Assembly (NCBI RefSeq): GCF_001194135.2
Contig: NC_068981.1
Coordinates: forward strand, 37,590,761 to 37,654,760
Reading direction: 5' to 3'
Source of the DNA: Octopus bimaculoides
Taxonomy: Eukaryota
Length of the DNA stretch: 64,000 bases
Each line of letters begins with the position of its first letter. Positions within the stretch are counted from its first letter, which is position 1. The notes beneath the pieces were generated by a model. It was not told the origin of the DNA. It worked only from the letters and a program-made list of their open reading frames with translations, and ran no database searches. The position numbers were made by a program, and so were the translations under genes. Positions 12,960 to 26,611 of the stretch are shown piece after piece.

Positions 12960-13330
12960 AAAAATCAAGCAAAAGAATATAGTATATAGATGTAGAGTGA
13001 TGTCTGAAGGTAAGAGTTCCTTTTACATAGGAGCAACAAAAAATTACATCAATAAGCGCATCTAGAGTTACATCTACACCTTCAATAATATAAAACAAGT
13101 CATCTTGTACCAGCCTCAGTAAATTTATTTGGAAATTAAAGGACAAGAATAAAAACTTTTCTGTGGAGTGGGAGAGTGTAAGCAAGGTTAGTACCTATAA
13201 AGTTGGAAATGCCTTTTTTTTCTTCTCTGTATAGAGAAACTTTTCAAATCTTGTATTCAAGGCATTGTCTCCTGAATACGAGGAGGAAGACTGGTTTTTC
13301 ATGTGTTCATGCTTGTAAATGTTTTCAGAA
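12960..13330 (+). mobile_element. Penelope-like element GIY-YIG endonuclease relic
   Basis: Reads 'KNIVYRCRVMSEGKSSFYIGATKNYINKRI*', then after a frameshift 'KFIWKLKDKNKNFSVEW' (cf. LSKYIWxLKDxxxxFxIxW of Penelope endonucleases). Confidence 0.7.
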
Positions 13331-13524
13331 ACTACCATTATATGTAATTTAAAGTATAAATTAGATATAATTGTTAAGTTACTGGAACCTTGAATCAAGC
13401 GGTATCTCATGATTAATATGCTTACATCTGTAACTAACATCATTAAAAAATTTTTAATAAATATTGTATTAATATTAAAGCATAAATTAAATGGTTAATA
13501 TGAATATAAGGTTTTATGTAAAGG

Positions 13525-13890
13525 TGGTACTCCGACGGTTATGACAACGAGTGTTCCAGTTGATCTGATCAAAGGAACAGCTTGCTTGTGAAATTAACAT
13601 GCAAGTGGCTGAACACTCCTCAGACATGTGTACCCTTAATGTAGTTCTTGGGGAGATTCAGTGTGACAAGGCTGGCCCTTTGAAATACAGGTACAACAGA
13701 AACAGGAAGAAAGAGTGAGAGAGTCATGGTGAAAGAGTACAGCAGGGTTCACTACCAGCTCCTACTGGAGCCTTGTGGAGCTTAAAGTGTTTTCGTTCAA
13801 TAAACACTTACAACACTCGATCTGGGAATCGAAACCACAATCCTACGACCGCAAGTCTGCTGCCCTAACCACTGGGCCATTTCACTTCCA
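13525..13890 (-). mobile_element. tRNA-derived SINE (family D), near full length
   Basis: Minus-strand head has pol III box A (TGGCCCAGTGG) and box B (GGTTTCGATTCC); CpGs are retained. Confidence 0.75.
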
Positions 13891-14419
13891 CATGTACAGG
13901 TAACAGCAGTATATATTATATATAGTTTACCAAAACTTTAATTTAGGAACATACCTCGGGAATTAATTGCTTAATTTATTAATTTGATTTGTCGATTTTT
14001 ATGTTTTCCTCAATTAGATCGTTCATTTCTTTTCTTACTCTTGTGTACTAATACCAATGATGTATTATTCCACTATGGTAATTAGTAGGCAGATTTTATT
14101 CGTCATCATTTCGTAGCTTTCAACACGTTAACACACACACACACACAGCGGAATAGTAACATTTTCTTTTTTAAATACACCTGTTGCTAAAACACACATA
14201 TCTGAGTCTATCAAAAGTCAACCAACAGTTCGGAATGTAGCTCCTTTCTAACAAATTCTCTCTCCTGACATAATACCCAATTTACGATATTCAATATGAT
14301 GACTTAAATTAATTTGATTTAATTTAATTTCTCAAACTGAATTAATTGGGTATTGAAACAGTTGTAAGTGTAAAGAATTTAATGTTATGCTGAATGGAAT
14401 TTCTTCAAATAAATTGATA

Positions 14420-14822
14420 TTCTTTTACTTGTTTCAGTCTTTTGACTGTGGCCATGCTGGAGCACCGCCTTTAGTCGAGCAAATCAACCCCAGGACTTAT
14501 TCTTTGGAAGCCTAGTACTTATTCTATCGGTCTCTTTTGCTGAACCGCTAAGTTACGGGGATGTAAACACACCAGCATTGGTTGTCAAGCGATGTTGGGG
14601 TGACAAACACAGACATACAAACACATACACACATACATATATATATATATACATATATACGACAGGCTTCTTTCAGTTTCCGTCTACCAAATCCACTCAC
14701 AAGGCTTTGGTCGGCCCGAGGCTATAGTAAAAGACACTTGCCCAAGATGCCATGCAGTGGGACTGAACCCGGGACCATGTGGTTGGTAAGCAAGGTACTT
14801 ACCACGCAGCCACTCCTACGCC
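14420..14822 (-). mobile_element. Full-length tRNA-derived SINE family A with internal (CA/TA)n
   Basis: Box A TGGCTGCGTGG and box B GGTTCAGTCCC, followed by 'tgggcaagtgtc' (CORE-like by recall), an internal microsatellite and the shared 3' tail. Confidence 0.85.
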
Positions 14823-15738
14823 TATATCTATATATAAATTTCTCTATTTTCCTTTTCTCATACAAGAATCATCATCATCATCATCAGCAGCAGCAGCAGC
14901 AAGCCAGTAGGCTGCACCAGGCTCCAATCTTATCTGGCAAGGTTTCTATAGCTGCATGCCCTTCCTAACGTCAAACATTCTGAGAGTGTAGTGGGTGCTT
15001 CTTANNNNNNNNNNNNNNNNNNNNNNNNNNNNNNNNNNNNNNNNNNNNNNNNNNNNNNNNNNNNNNNNNNNNNNNNNNNNNNNNNNNNNNNNNNNNNNNN
15101 NNNNNNNNNNNNNNNNNNNNNNNNNNNNNNNNNNNNNNNNNNNNNNNNNNNNNNNNNNNNNNNNNNNNNNNNNNNNNNNNNNNNNNNNNNNNNNNNNNNN
15201 NNNNNNNNNNNNNNNNNNNNNNNNNNNNNNNNNNNNNNNNNNNNNNNNNNNNNNNNNNNNNNNNNNNNNNNNNNNTATATATATATGTAAGTGCTTTTGG
15301 TAGGGAAATGTCTTTTCATGAGCAGAGTGGCAAATATGAATTGTCTAGCAGTTTTTTGCAAATATAAGGGTTTATAGAGGACAGAAAAAGGTAGTAAGGA
15401 ATGGGTTGGAGGAAGCATGGGAAAATAGTGAAATAGAAGGGTGGTTAAGTAGTGAGACAAGATGGAGATTCAACATGACAATAAAGAGATATGAAGAAGA
15501 TAAAGTTATTAGCTGGCCAAAGAAATAGTGGTATCAATTTAACCTAGTGGGGTAGGGTGGGGGACCAAAGCAGTAGTTCTCAGACAAGATAAAGCAGTTA
15601 AGAATAACAGAGATAATGAACAGAGAAGTGTGAGAAAGTTATTATGATGTTAATATTAACTTGATTACAGTGGAAGCCTGATCAGTAGTTCTCAGGTCCC
15701 ACATACATACACATGCACACACACGCACACACATATAC

Positions 15739-15878
15739 ACCTCTCCCTGATCAGGAAAACCCTGACTGTCTTAATGGCAGTGACACTAACACACCTATTG
15801 TTTATCCCACTGCTAGAAATAGGTGTGTTAGTGTCACCGCCATTAAGACAGTAAGGATTTTCATGATCAGGGAGAGGT
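15739..15878. repeat. 61-bp inverted repeat with an 18-nt spacer (hairpin or foldback)
   Basis: Arms 15739-15799 and 15818-15878 are reverse complements with 4 mismatches. Confidence 0.92.
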
Positions 15879-16029
15879 ATGACAGACTTATTACTATGAA
15901 TAGGTGGACTTAATCAGTAATAGTTGTTTCAGGTATTGCTTTATAATATAGCAGTGGGAGGATGTGTCATGGGAAAGAACTCAGGTCCAACATACATACA
16001 TACATACACACACGCACATGCACACACAC

Positions 16030-17090
16030 ACACACATGCACTGGGTTATTGAAGACGATCCTTATCTGAAGTGTCTCACTGTTGGATTGAACCTGATATC
16101 ATATGGTTGGGAAGCAAATTTCTTAACCAACCAGGATGCCAGCACCTTGCACACTTAAGGATACTCAAAGCGAATTTTCTTTACAAAGTTTTCTATGTGG
16201 AAAGGCTTTCAATAATCAATAATATTGTTTTGAGAAAAAAATGCAAACATATGTTTAATTAATTGAATAATTTATTGAAATATAAAAACATCGTCAAAAA
16301 TTCCTTTAAAGGGTTCAGTTATGCAAAACTGAGAATTCTAATAATTAAATTAAACAGGCTTGATGTGCACTTTTTAAAACAAATGTTTTTTTGTTATTTC
16401 ACTGAAGGTAATTCTTCCTGCAACTTTGCTGTCATTCAGTCTTTCCTGTGTCACCATGATCCTTAAAAAAAGTTCCTGATGGGCTTTAGATTGCTGAATG
16501 ATCTTTCATCTAGTGCTACTTTAACTGGCAATGTGCAGGGTATTTACAAAGCAATACATGTTTCTGGAAAGATGCTATTTATTGTATTCAAAAATTGATG
16601 TGGCTGCCATCACTTTACCAAAATTTGACACATGTATTACCATAAAGTGCCTTGTTTTCTCTTGCCTGGTTTCTAAGGTATCATTTTCATTTACATCCAA
16701 TTTACTTGCATATGAAAGACTGAGTTCGTTTTCTTTCATATTTTGATATTGCCCTCAGAATGCAAAACATTAAATGTGTTTGTAGTGCTGAATCACTTTG
16801 ACACTCTGACAATCAGTTTGAAAATGTTGTTTGAGCCTTTAATTTTCAAAGCTGTTAGTATGAATTTGAATCTATTCAACTGTATGAATATTGTTCAAAG
16901 GAAGCAAGGCAGATCCTCTTTTCATGTGGCTCAACATACTTATGTGAAAGAGGCTTTTCTGCCTTAGCATGTGTAAAAGTAAAATATTAAAGTCAACTTT
17001 AAGCTGAAGATGACTTACCTTGATAAGGATTTGACCAGGAATTGATGAACTTATAAAAAACATATCTAAGGATTATTAAGTTTTTATTTC
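16030..17090 (+). mobile_element. hAT (Charlie/Buster-like) transposase relic
   Basis: The C-terminal dimerisation motif reads 'ARQILFSCGSTYLCERGFSALACVKVKY*' at about 16904-16990 (cf. STYLCExGFS). Upstream frames are riddled with stops. Confidence 0.75.
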
Positions 17091-17625
17091 TGTGGATACT
17101 TTTCATTAAATTACATATATTTACAGCTTTTAAAGTTTTCTACAACCAGAATGAAGAAAGAATGAATTGTTTATTGTGCATTCCCATTAAAAAGAGTGGA
17201 GGGGAAGTGTTCACTACTATTTTGTGGGATGAGACTGATGGTTCTTAGTGTGGGAAATGTGCTTTAGAGCATTTAAGTGTGTTGTGCACCATTTAAACGG
17301 TCATATGGTTTATGACCTGATGAGTTAGATAATTGGTCATGTGGTTTGGTTGTATTTTCAATACCAACTGTTCATATTAAAGGATATCATCAGATAAGTT
17401 TGGTTTAGAATTAATCATATGAATGATAGTGTTCTCTGTGGTATCATATTTTTATGATATTTATCAACAAGCTGCTTTGCTTTTAGACTAATCAAGTAGT
17501 TCACAATTCTGTTTAAGCTGTTCATTCTTTTTGATAGAAATCAACATGAAATTTTGTATCAAACAGCTTAATCACATACATTATTTACATCTGATGGATA
17601 GTTATCCTCAACTTGTTTGTTGTTA

Positions 17626-17720
17626 ACACAATGTTTCAGCTGATATACCCTCTAGCCTTCATCAAGTGTCCTGGGGAAATTTCGAACATGGGTTCTCATT
17701 CCTAAGGTATTTTTCGATGT
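17626..17720 (-). mobile_element. Penelope-type terminal repeat with a decayed hammerhead motif
   Basis: Minus strand reads acac-TTGATGA-a-ggct..agct-GAAA-catt-gtgt. Confidence 0.4.
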
Positions 17721-17807
17721 TATTATCATTATTATTATTATTATTATTATCATTATTGTTACTATTACTATTACTATTATAATAATAATAATAATTATTA
17801 TTATTAT

Positions 17808-18010
17808 AGTGGACAACATAAACAAACAGTCTAAAACCATAGATTTTGCAATTCCCTATGATAGTAGAGTCGATACTAAAGAAATGGAAACACTAAGATA
17901 TATCAGGATCAAGCTAGAGAGCTGAGAAGACTGTGGAAGACCAAGATGACAATTATTCCTGTAGTAATTGATGCATTTGGCACAACAATCAAAATGCTAC
18001 CTGCAGAAAA
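17808..18010 (+). mobile_element. R4-like non-LTR retrotransposon restriction-like endonuclease (RLE) fragment
   Basis: Reads 'IDFAIPYDSRVDTKEME', frameshift, then 'YQDQARELRRLWKTKMTIIPVVIDAFGT'. Confidence 0.8.
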
Positions 18011-19804
18011 GCATCATCTTATATCCTATGAGAATCCTAAGAAAAGATTCTTGAGATATGCGAAGGCTTGTTGTTTGCAAACTTCAAGATTAAATACCTG
18101 CTAACTAAATTAACATGCACTAGCACAATAATAATAATACTTTTACTCAGATTAGTAATCCATTTAATTCATTTTAATGAGATGACATAATCTTGGCTTT
18201 TTGTCATCAATACTAAGTCTTTATTTGGTGAAGAATACACTACTTAATGTAAGAGAAGAAATTAGCTGAAAGCAAATCTGGATATTACAACAATTATATG
18301 TAGTGGAAAAGTGAAATTACTTCTGGTATGGGTTTGTAAAGTGTATGGAAGACAGCTGGGTAAAAGTACTAAGTAAGTATTTATGTCACCAAACATTTTG
18401 CATTAAAATCCTGCTTGTGTGAAACTGTTTTGTGCTTGTGATTGGGAGAGTATGGAAATGTCAATTATTTTGGTGTCAAACAAATTAACAAGATGCTCAC
18501 TCGTATCTTCACACCTTTGCACATTTTGCATCTACTGACCATGCCTTGATACCGTTGAAAACTGCTTTTTGCATGCAAGTATCATACAATCAAACCTTCA
18601 CTGAGTGAGAGAATTCCTTCATTACCAACAAAGGTAATATTGCCAACGTTTGGTTATAAGTTAAAGTTAGCAAAGGGTATTATGACATCTTAGCAGGAAA
18701 ATGCAAAAATGATATCAGAAATGTAAACTTATCAATTGAAATAAAGATTCCTATATTTAAAAACGTACATTTTGTTCTTTATCTGAGAAGAGAAATTGAG
18801 TATTTATGAGAAAGATATTTGAACAGGAATTGTTGTTAAAGGACAAAAGAATATTATACAGTAATAATTGCTTCAAAGGAACAAAAGAAAGAAGAGTTTT
18901 TTAACTAATTGAATTCTGTCCTCATTAAGAATAAACAGAATTAAGCAAAAAAGAATTCCAATTCTTTTGATAGAGAATTTTCACATGTTCTCATTAATTT
19001 TTTTATAGGGTTTTTGATTTATTCAAGTAAAATTCTTTAAAATTTTGTTGTTATTGTTGTTGTTTTAGTTATATCTCTAGCATAAGCATATCAAGTAGCT
19101 TCAGGCCTGTTGCAAGCCCAGTTATTTTTTTATTGCTTCATCAATTACGGATATTGAAGAAATGTGGGAGGAATTTATCTCATTTTAACTCACAAATAGA
19201 TATTTCCTCAGGCAATACCTTTATTAACTATATATGAGTAAACGGAAATCTTTGCAAGTAACAAGTTACCACATGATGCACATACTAAGAAATTCTAGAA
19301 ATGCTCTCATTCAAATGCTTTCATCTTATTCATTTATTTCTTTTAGCTATTGTTTTGCTATGTCTAATGTAATAAAGGAAGCTTAGTTAAAGTAGAAGAC
19401 TCAACGTTTTTAATAACTGAACACTATTGCTTTTAACAATATCATTACTGATAAGGAGCAGTTCTGTAAGACAGACTTTTACCACATATAAGTCATGCTT
19501 TAGCATATANNNNNNNNNNNNNNNNNNNNNNNNNNNNNNNNNNNNNNNNNNNNNNNNNNNNNNNNNNNNNNNNNNNNNNNNNNNNNNNNNNNNNNNNNNN
19601 NNNNNNNNNNNNNNNNNNNNNNNNNNNNNNNNNNNNNNNNNNNNTATATATATATATATATATATGTATGTATATGTACATACACACTTTAGTTCAGACT
19701 GCACAGATATATATATGTGTACATACACATACACATATACACATTTAAAAATACAAGCACATGCATACTCTCTCTCACACACAAACACACATACATGATA
19801 CATT

Positions 19805-20130
19805 ATGTATACATATGTATAGGTAAAGTTATGGCTCTGTGATTCAAAAGTTTGTGTCCCAACCATATGGTTTCCAGTTCAGTTCCTTGGCACTTGGGCA
19901 AATGTCTTTTACAATAGCTTTGAGCCAACAAAAGCCTTGTGAGTGGATTTGGTACATGGAAACTGAAAAAATCCCATTATATATGCGTTTGTGTTTGTGT
20001 GTGTGTGTGCATGTGTGCATGTGTATGCGTGCATGTGTATGTGTGTGTGTGTGTGCATGTGTGCATATGTGCATGTGTACGTGTGTGTGTATTTGTGAGC
20101 ATATATGTATATATGTAAGCATTGTGGTTG
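19805..20130 (+). mobile_element. SINE family A 5' head plus internal (GT/CATGTG)n
   Basis: 'ggtttccagttcagttccttggcacttgggcaaatgtcttttacaatagc...aaagccttgtgagtggatttggta..gaaactgaaa'. Confidence 0.75.
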
Positions 20131-20248
20131 AGTGTGGGCATGATTTGTATCACTTTATCTTGCCATCATGATACCTGTAAACAACTTCCATGTAAACATA
20201 TCCATTCTTGGAGGTATGGAAAAGTAGTCATTAAGGCACATGTGTTTC

Positions 20249-20289
<41 letters not shown>

Positions 20290-20317
20290 CCCATACCTGA
20301 TGGAAAACGGACATTAA

Positions 20318-20355
<38 letters not shown>

Positions 20356-21540
20356 ATATATATATATATATATATATATTTACAAACATGAGGACACACA
20401 TACACACACATGTACATATATATATATGTATGTGTGTATTTGTTTGCACACACACACTCACATATATATATATATAAAGAGAGAGAGAGAGATTAAGTAC
20501 AGTGTAGGTTGTAAAATACTTTATCTAATGATCCAAGCATGTTTAATTATCTTAGAATTACACTCTCAAGAATGAGAGTAATTCTTGAAAAGAAAAGTGA
20601 GGCAGGAAGAGACAAAAAAAAAATGTCATTTGTTAAATTTTTATTAAACATTTATCAATCTCTACTTGTTACTGACAGCATTGCTCTTGAAAGAAAACCA
20701 CTCAAATCTCTGAGGTTCGGCCCATGAATAGGTAACGAGGAGGGCACATTACATATTATAAGCAATAAAATCATTTTACAATGGAAGTGTGAAGGTACAT
20801 GGCTTGCTGGTTATGTTATTTGGCTAATGATTATAAAGTTATGGGTTCTGTTATTGGATTGTGCAGTATATTGTGCATGTTGAACAAAGAACATCATTTC
20901 ATGAGGCCCCCATTTTATTCAGCTGAAAATTGGTTCCCAGAGTTTCCGGTGGTAGGGTTTGATCTTATGACAGACAACTTCCCTCTTCTGCAGAGAGTCT
21001 TGTTATCTCAGATGCTTAAATAACTCAGAAGCTGAGATAAGCTCTAACCTAATGGTCTCATAAGCTTGAGGCAAATTTTAACATTTCTTTTTAGATGTAT
21101 AATTGATATGAGTTTAATAGGTAGTGATGCAGAGTTCAAACCTTTGCAAGTGTAGAACCTTTGACCGGCTGGCATAATTTCTTTCAATAACTTAATTTTA
21201 CAAACATGAGTTTTGGAGTTAGCTTAATAATATTTCACCATTTAAATTGGGTATAAGAGACAGGTGAAGTACAGAAGAATTTATGTTGAAGAATTTTGTT
21301 CAAATCCACTTCACTCAACATTGTTTTTCAATGCATCGAACCAATAACAAATCTTTACCTCTCCAATATCCCAGATATTCCCAACTTATCTACCTTCTTA
21401 TCACAGGATATAAATTAATGAGCTGCAAGAACTAAATTGTCATATGATGATAGACATGTATAAAATGAAATTTACTTTTGCATTCAATCCTATTTTATTT
21501 TACATCAGTCTTGTATTTAGTTTAGAGTGAAGCAGAGGTC

Positions 21541-21700
21541 ATATTAGCTATACACAATCTTAAATATATATACAATTTTAAATATACACAATTTACACCC
21601 ATATATTTTAAATATACACAATATACACCCATACACGATTTTAAATATTATCCATACACAATCTTAAATATATTAGCTATACACAATCCTAAATATAAAA
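21541..21700. repeat. Degenerate minisatellite built on 'tatacacaat(c/t)ttaaatata'
   Basis: About 6-7 imperfect units; 'atattagctatacacaatc(t/c)taaatata' occurs at both ends. Confidence 0.75.
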
Positions 21701-22157
21701 TGCCTTAAGCTGTTAAAAAAAAAGATGCATTTGTTTTCTTATTGCTCTGAAAGCAAGTCCTAGTGGAGAAGACAACTGACTTCTAACTTGAAACTCATGA
21801 CTTCATATTTCTCTGAAGGGGTTTATAATTATTTTATGGGCAAAATACTGATGTCTACTTTCTCCTAAAATGCATGACACGTTCAGTGCAAAATGAAGTC
21901 ATGATTTAGGAGTTATAATAATACTAAACAAAAAATAGCTGAATAGTGGTAGTTAAAACTGCAAGAGATTGAAAGAGGTATTTCTCTTTATTGACGCCTA
22001 CACAATATCTATATTTTACCTGCAGTGTTGATTTTTTTAAAAATTACATAAATCTCCAAATCTTTCTCACTTTATCATTCTTTTTTAATTCACTAGTTTT
22101 TGTTTTTTTATTCTTTATCTTATTAATCTATTGTTCTGTTTTACTTTNNNNNNNNNN

Positions 22158-22205
<48 letters not shown>

Positions 22206-24151
22206 TATGAACAGGTTTACTTCCTATTTATATTATCTAGACTTATATGTATAAGCTCCTTCTCAGCATACATTATCCCCTTCACTATCATTTTGATATT
22301 CATTTACCTGTCTATATATGTGTGTAAAATTTCACTTTAGAATTACATATAAGCATGAACTCTGCAGGAGATTAATTTCAAATGTCATGGTCGACCGGGC
22401 CTTCATGTTCCAGGTTCGTGTTCTTTACAGAACAATATATTGATTAAAAGAAAATCTATTGCCACAAATGAAAATCATGTTATTGCACAATTAAGTGTGG
22501 ACTTGTTCGTCTCTCTGCTGATTATTATAATATGTATGTATGTATGTATATTTAAAAACTATAGGAATATATATGTGTGTAAATATACACACACATAAAT
22601 ATGTAAGCAGGTATATGCACACATGTGCATACACGCCACACATATGTATGTATATATATTTTAGAGCAACCTAAATAGCAATGAATTACAAAGTCCTGAA
22701 TACCTATTCATCTATCATTGCCTCTATCTCTCTCTTTGTTTCTTTCTATTAGTAAATATGTATATGAGTATGCATAGACACATTATGTATACATGTTTAG
22801 ATGTGTACACATATGTGCCTACACATAAATACATACACATATATATATATATATGAGTGTATATACATACATGTAATAATTTGCAACATCAGCAAAAAAC
22901 ACAGATTAATTGGAAAGTGAAACACAATTGGGTAAATCTACTTCAGATACAAGTACAAAATATTTTACTAATCCTAGAGAGTTGAATAAGTAAAATCAAC
23001 TCCAACCAGATTAGAACTCTTTTCAAATACTCATGAAACCAAATTCAGATGTAACATGCTGTGTCCAGCCATACTATTCTGTTTCTGCCTTTTTGTTGAC
23101 TTTAAGTCTCAAAACATAATTAATAAATAAATTATTTGATTAATCATTATTTAATTACAGAAAAATTCTAAGTTGTGAATTTATAAAGTGCCAAGTAATC
23201 AACAGAAAATTCAAAAATTCACATCCTCTCACCAGCACTGTATTGTAAATGTAACCAGTACTCTTCACTCTAAAATACCTCAGTCCACCTAGATGTGAAT
23301 AGATACTGTAAATTAGGAACAACTTGCCATTGCAAGCAGTATCTTTGCAAATTTAACATATTTCTCTTGGCTGAGCTATGTTGAATTCATCTCTTCTTAG
23401 TAATTAGATATAGAAGCAAATGTTACAAATAAGCATTGCTTCTCATTCACATAAAAATTTTATAACTTGGCAAAAAATTATTATTTGATAAAATAATGAA
23501 AACTAACTGCTTAAATGTTTTAATAAATTACAAGCTGCTATTTAGTTTTCAACTAGATGGTAGCAAACAAACAAGAATTGAAAATCTCAAGATTTACTTA
23601 GGAGGGAACTAGCAATTACATTTTGCTTAATATTCTACATTTACAAAGTAAAAGCATCTAATTGGTGAAGCAGTTTCATTGAATGCAAATATCATGAATC
23701 GTGTTTGTTGAAACCTGCTTATTTAAAACTATTATCAAAACTTCTTTGAACTTTTGTTTCTTAGAATAGCAAACTGAAAATAATATACTTCTATTCTGCC
23801 ATAGATTCAGATTCTAAAATCTACAGTATATTTACTCTCAAACAATTACATACACCTTGATTAGTATGCTATATTTGGATTATAATAACATTTTAGCGAA
23901 ATAATTTGGAAGGAATGAAAAAAAACCAAACTGTCAAGCCATTCTACAGTGAATCCTAAAGATTTCCATCCTATCACAAGATTTCCTTTCTCAAAAGAAT
24001 CCAATATTGTGCAAGCTAAACTGTTATATTGATGACACATTTATTCAGAAAGGGTTAGGGCTAGCTTTATGATATTTCTACCAACAATATGTGATAAAAA
24101 TAACCATAGATCACCTTATTTTCCTCCTTGAAAATCTAGCTGCCAAAATAT

Positions 24152-24208
24152 GATGCTTGCCTCTGGAATAGGATGTTTGCCTCTGGAATAGGATGTTTGC
24201 CTCTGGAA
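24152..24208. repeat. 20-bp tandem repeat, about 2.9 copies (gatgtttgcctctggaatag)
   Basis: Directly visible. Confidence 0.95.
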
Positions 24209-24525
24209 CCAATTCTTTACTGATCTTCTGCTTTCAGCAACCATGTCTCATGGACTCCATAGAGATGAGATAGAGGAGTGTGCAGCAGCTGTGCATACAT
24301 AAATCTACATTGTGTGCTGCTAATTTTTTTTATAATCCAAACATGGCATGTTAAAAGTGAGAAAGCCAGAAGTATGGGTGAGTGCAGACTGTTGAAGCAT
24401 AAATAAAAAAAATAAACAAATTTAAAAAATGCATTCTATTTTTCTTTTGTCAAAATCACTGATACCATAGGAAACATTGCAGAACATTTTGTTCATATGT
24501 ACACAGCTAGAATTGATGAATTTTG

Positions 24526-24562
<37 letters not shown>

Positions 24563-25599
24563 NNNNNNNNNNGCAATTCTTTTAGTAAGTAAATGCTACA
24601 GAAAAGGAAAAAAAAATTAAGTAAAAGAAATCAAAACACTGAAAGAAATCCTCTTAAGTAGTTTTCCTGCTTTATAAGAAATATTGTATATAAACAAATG
24701 TATATTTTCTCCTCAGAGACCAGACAAAACAATTAGACAAATGGATCCTTTGAGTGCAGCAGTAGATAAAACATATTTCAAAGCACCGCAAGACAATACA
24801 AAGTTACTTGTTGAAACTAAAAGATGAATGCAAAAATATATTGATGATAAAGTGCAGAATACTTTCTACACTTGTAGTATTTATTCGTGTGGAGAGGTGT
24901 CCAATATATAGGAAGAAGTGAATAGTGTCTCTCTGTAGAGCAGACTAGAAAGAAAACTGAATTATTTAAAATGGAAGAAATTTGTTATATAAAGCATAAA
25001 GCAAAAGTAAATTCCATTAATACAAATAATAAATAGCTACAATTTTTTAAAAATATATTTTTCTTTTAAGTGGGATTGATACATTAAAATTCAGCATTAT
25101 TTAGTTCTTATCTATTATTTCATTTTATTTTATCTTATATATTTTTTCAAGCTGAAACTATAGTGGATGTTTTACAATGACTAAGTGCTGAGAGATTTCA
25201 GACCAGTGAAATCTTTACACAGAGGTAGAAGTAGCCTTCATTCAAGCATAATGAATAATATCCTTACTCATCCAGCTTGTTGTTGTGCAATTTGGATTCC
25301 ATGATTAAATTTAGGAAGCAGCTGCCGACTTTGTCTAACAAGGATTCCATATATGGAATAGTTACAAGATTTAGATATTTGGGCTTTGTACTGATCTGAC
25401 TAAAATTAAGCAAAGTCCATGTTATGTACCATGTTTGTATCATTAGTTCTTAACATACATTAATGTATATAGAACTTAGCACTTGCAGACATTGGTAAGG
25501 AGACTGTCTCAAGCATATATCAAATAAATCTGATAAAATTTACCTTCTTGATGAGACTATGAAGAAATTCTTTCTTTCAGAAGACCTCAGACACCAATA

Positions 25600-26210
25600 A
25601 TAATAACATTTCTTTGCTCATTATGAATTTTCCTGTCAAAAATGTTCAGAAGTTCAAAATTGTTTTGCTGGAAGGTATTCAAGCCTTTTTTTTAATGCTA
25701 AATACTGTAAACATTTGTGAGGGAAATGGAAAGTTGGCTATATACTGTAGTAATTTACCATATAAATTCCTGAATAATGCCATCAAGAGGATTTTGAAGA
25801 TATTTCTTCCTATGAGGGTGTAATGCCAGTTGAAAATCTGTCAACTGAATGAGATGTTAACTGTTAATTGCCTTAGTTATGGACTATTCAGTGCTGGCTC
25901 TTGATTTCATCTTGGAATTTTTACACAACAATATACTGAAGAGAGTGATGTTCCTTAAGCTGTATTCTAATGTATGTCCAAAATTGTATGGGAAGAGGAT
26001 GAGGAGTGAATTCATGGCGATTTTCATCATGGTACAAGAAAGTCACTCAAGTGGTTTACTAAGTTGAGAAGTATACGAGTATTTATAACATTGTTTCATC
26101 TATCTGGAATGATGCAAAAAAAAAAAAAAAGGGATTTGTGTGGTATTCTCAGGAACTATATTGATGATTTTCTTTTGTGGTAAATAATTGTTTGAGGAGG
26201 ACATGAGTGG
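25600..26210 (+). mobile_element. Ty1/copia-like reverse transcriptase relic
   Basis: Ordered decayed motifs 'SRGF-ED', 'LALDFILEFLHNNILKRVMFLK' (cf. LDIxxAFLQG..REVFLKP), 'LYG' and 'YIDDFL'. Confidence 0.6.
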
Positions 26211-26566
26211 CAGTATCAATAAAAAAAAATTGGAGTACAAACTCATGAGAGTGAAACGTTCAAATCATCATTATCATCATTATCATCACCATCAGCATCA
26301 TCATCAACAACATTTAGCATCCATTTTCCATGTTAGCATAGGTTGGATCGTTTGACAAGAACTGTCAAGGTCAAGGCCAACACGAGGTTCCTTAATTTGT
26401 TTTGGTTTGGTTTGTACACCTGGATGATCTTCCTAATGCCAACCACTTTACAGAGTGTACTGAGTGCTTTTTACATGTCACCAACACCAGGGCTTTTTAT
26501 GAGGCATCTTGGTTTTAGTATATCAATTCTGTTGTGGTAGGCAGGTTTTCTTGAGTACACCAATGC

Positions 26567-26611
<45 letters not shown>

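Noticed and set aside
13795-13890. tRNA-like sequences with A and B boxes here and at about 14740-14820
   Set aside because: SINE heads; they have no complete cloverleaf and continue into repeat bodies.
17019-17066. Apparent minus-strand exon YVFYKFINSWSNPYQ with a gtaagt donor
   Set aside because: Lies within the plus-strand hAT transposase relic; chance splice signals.
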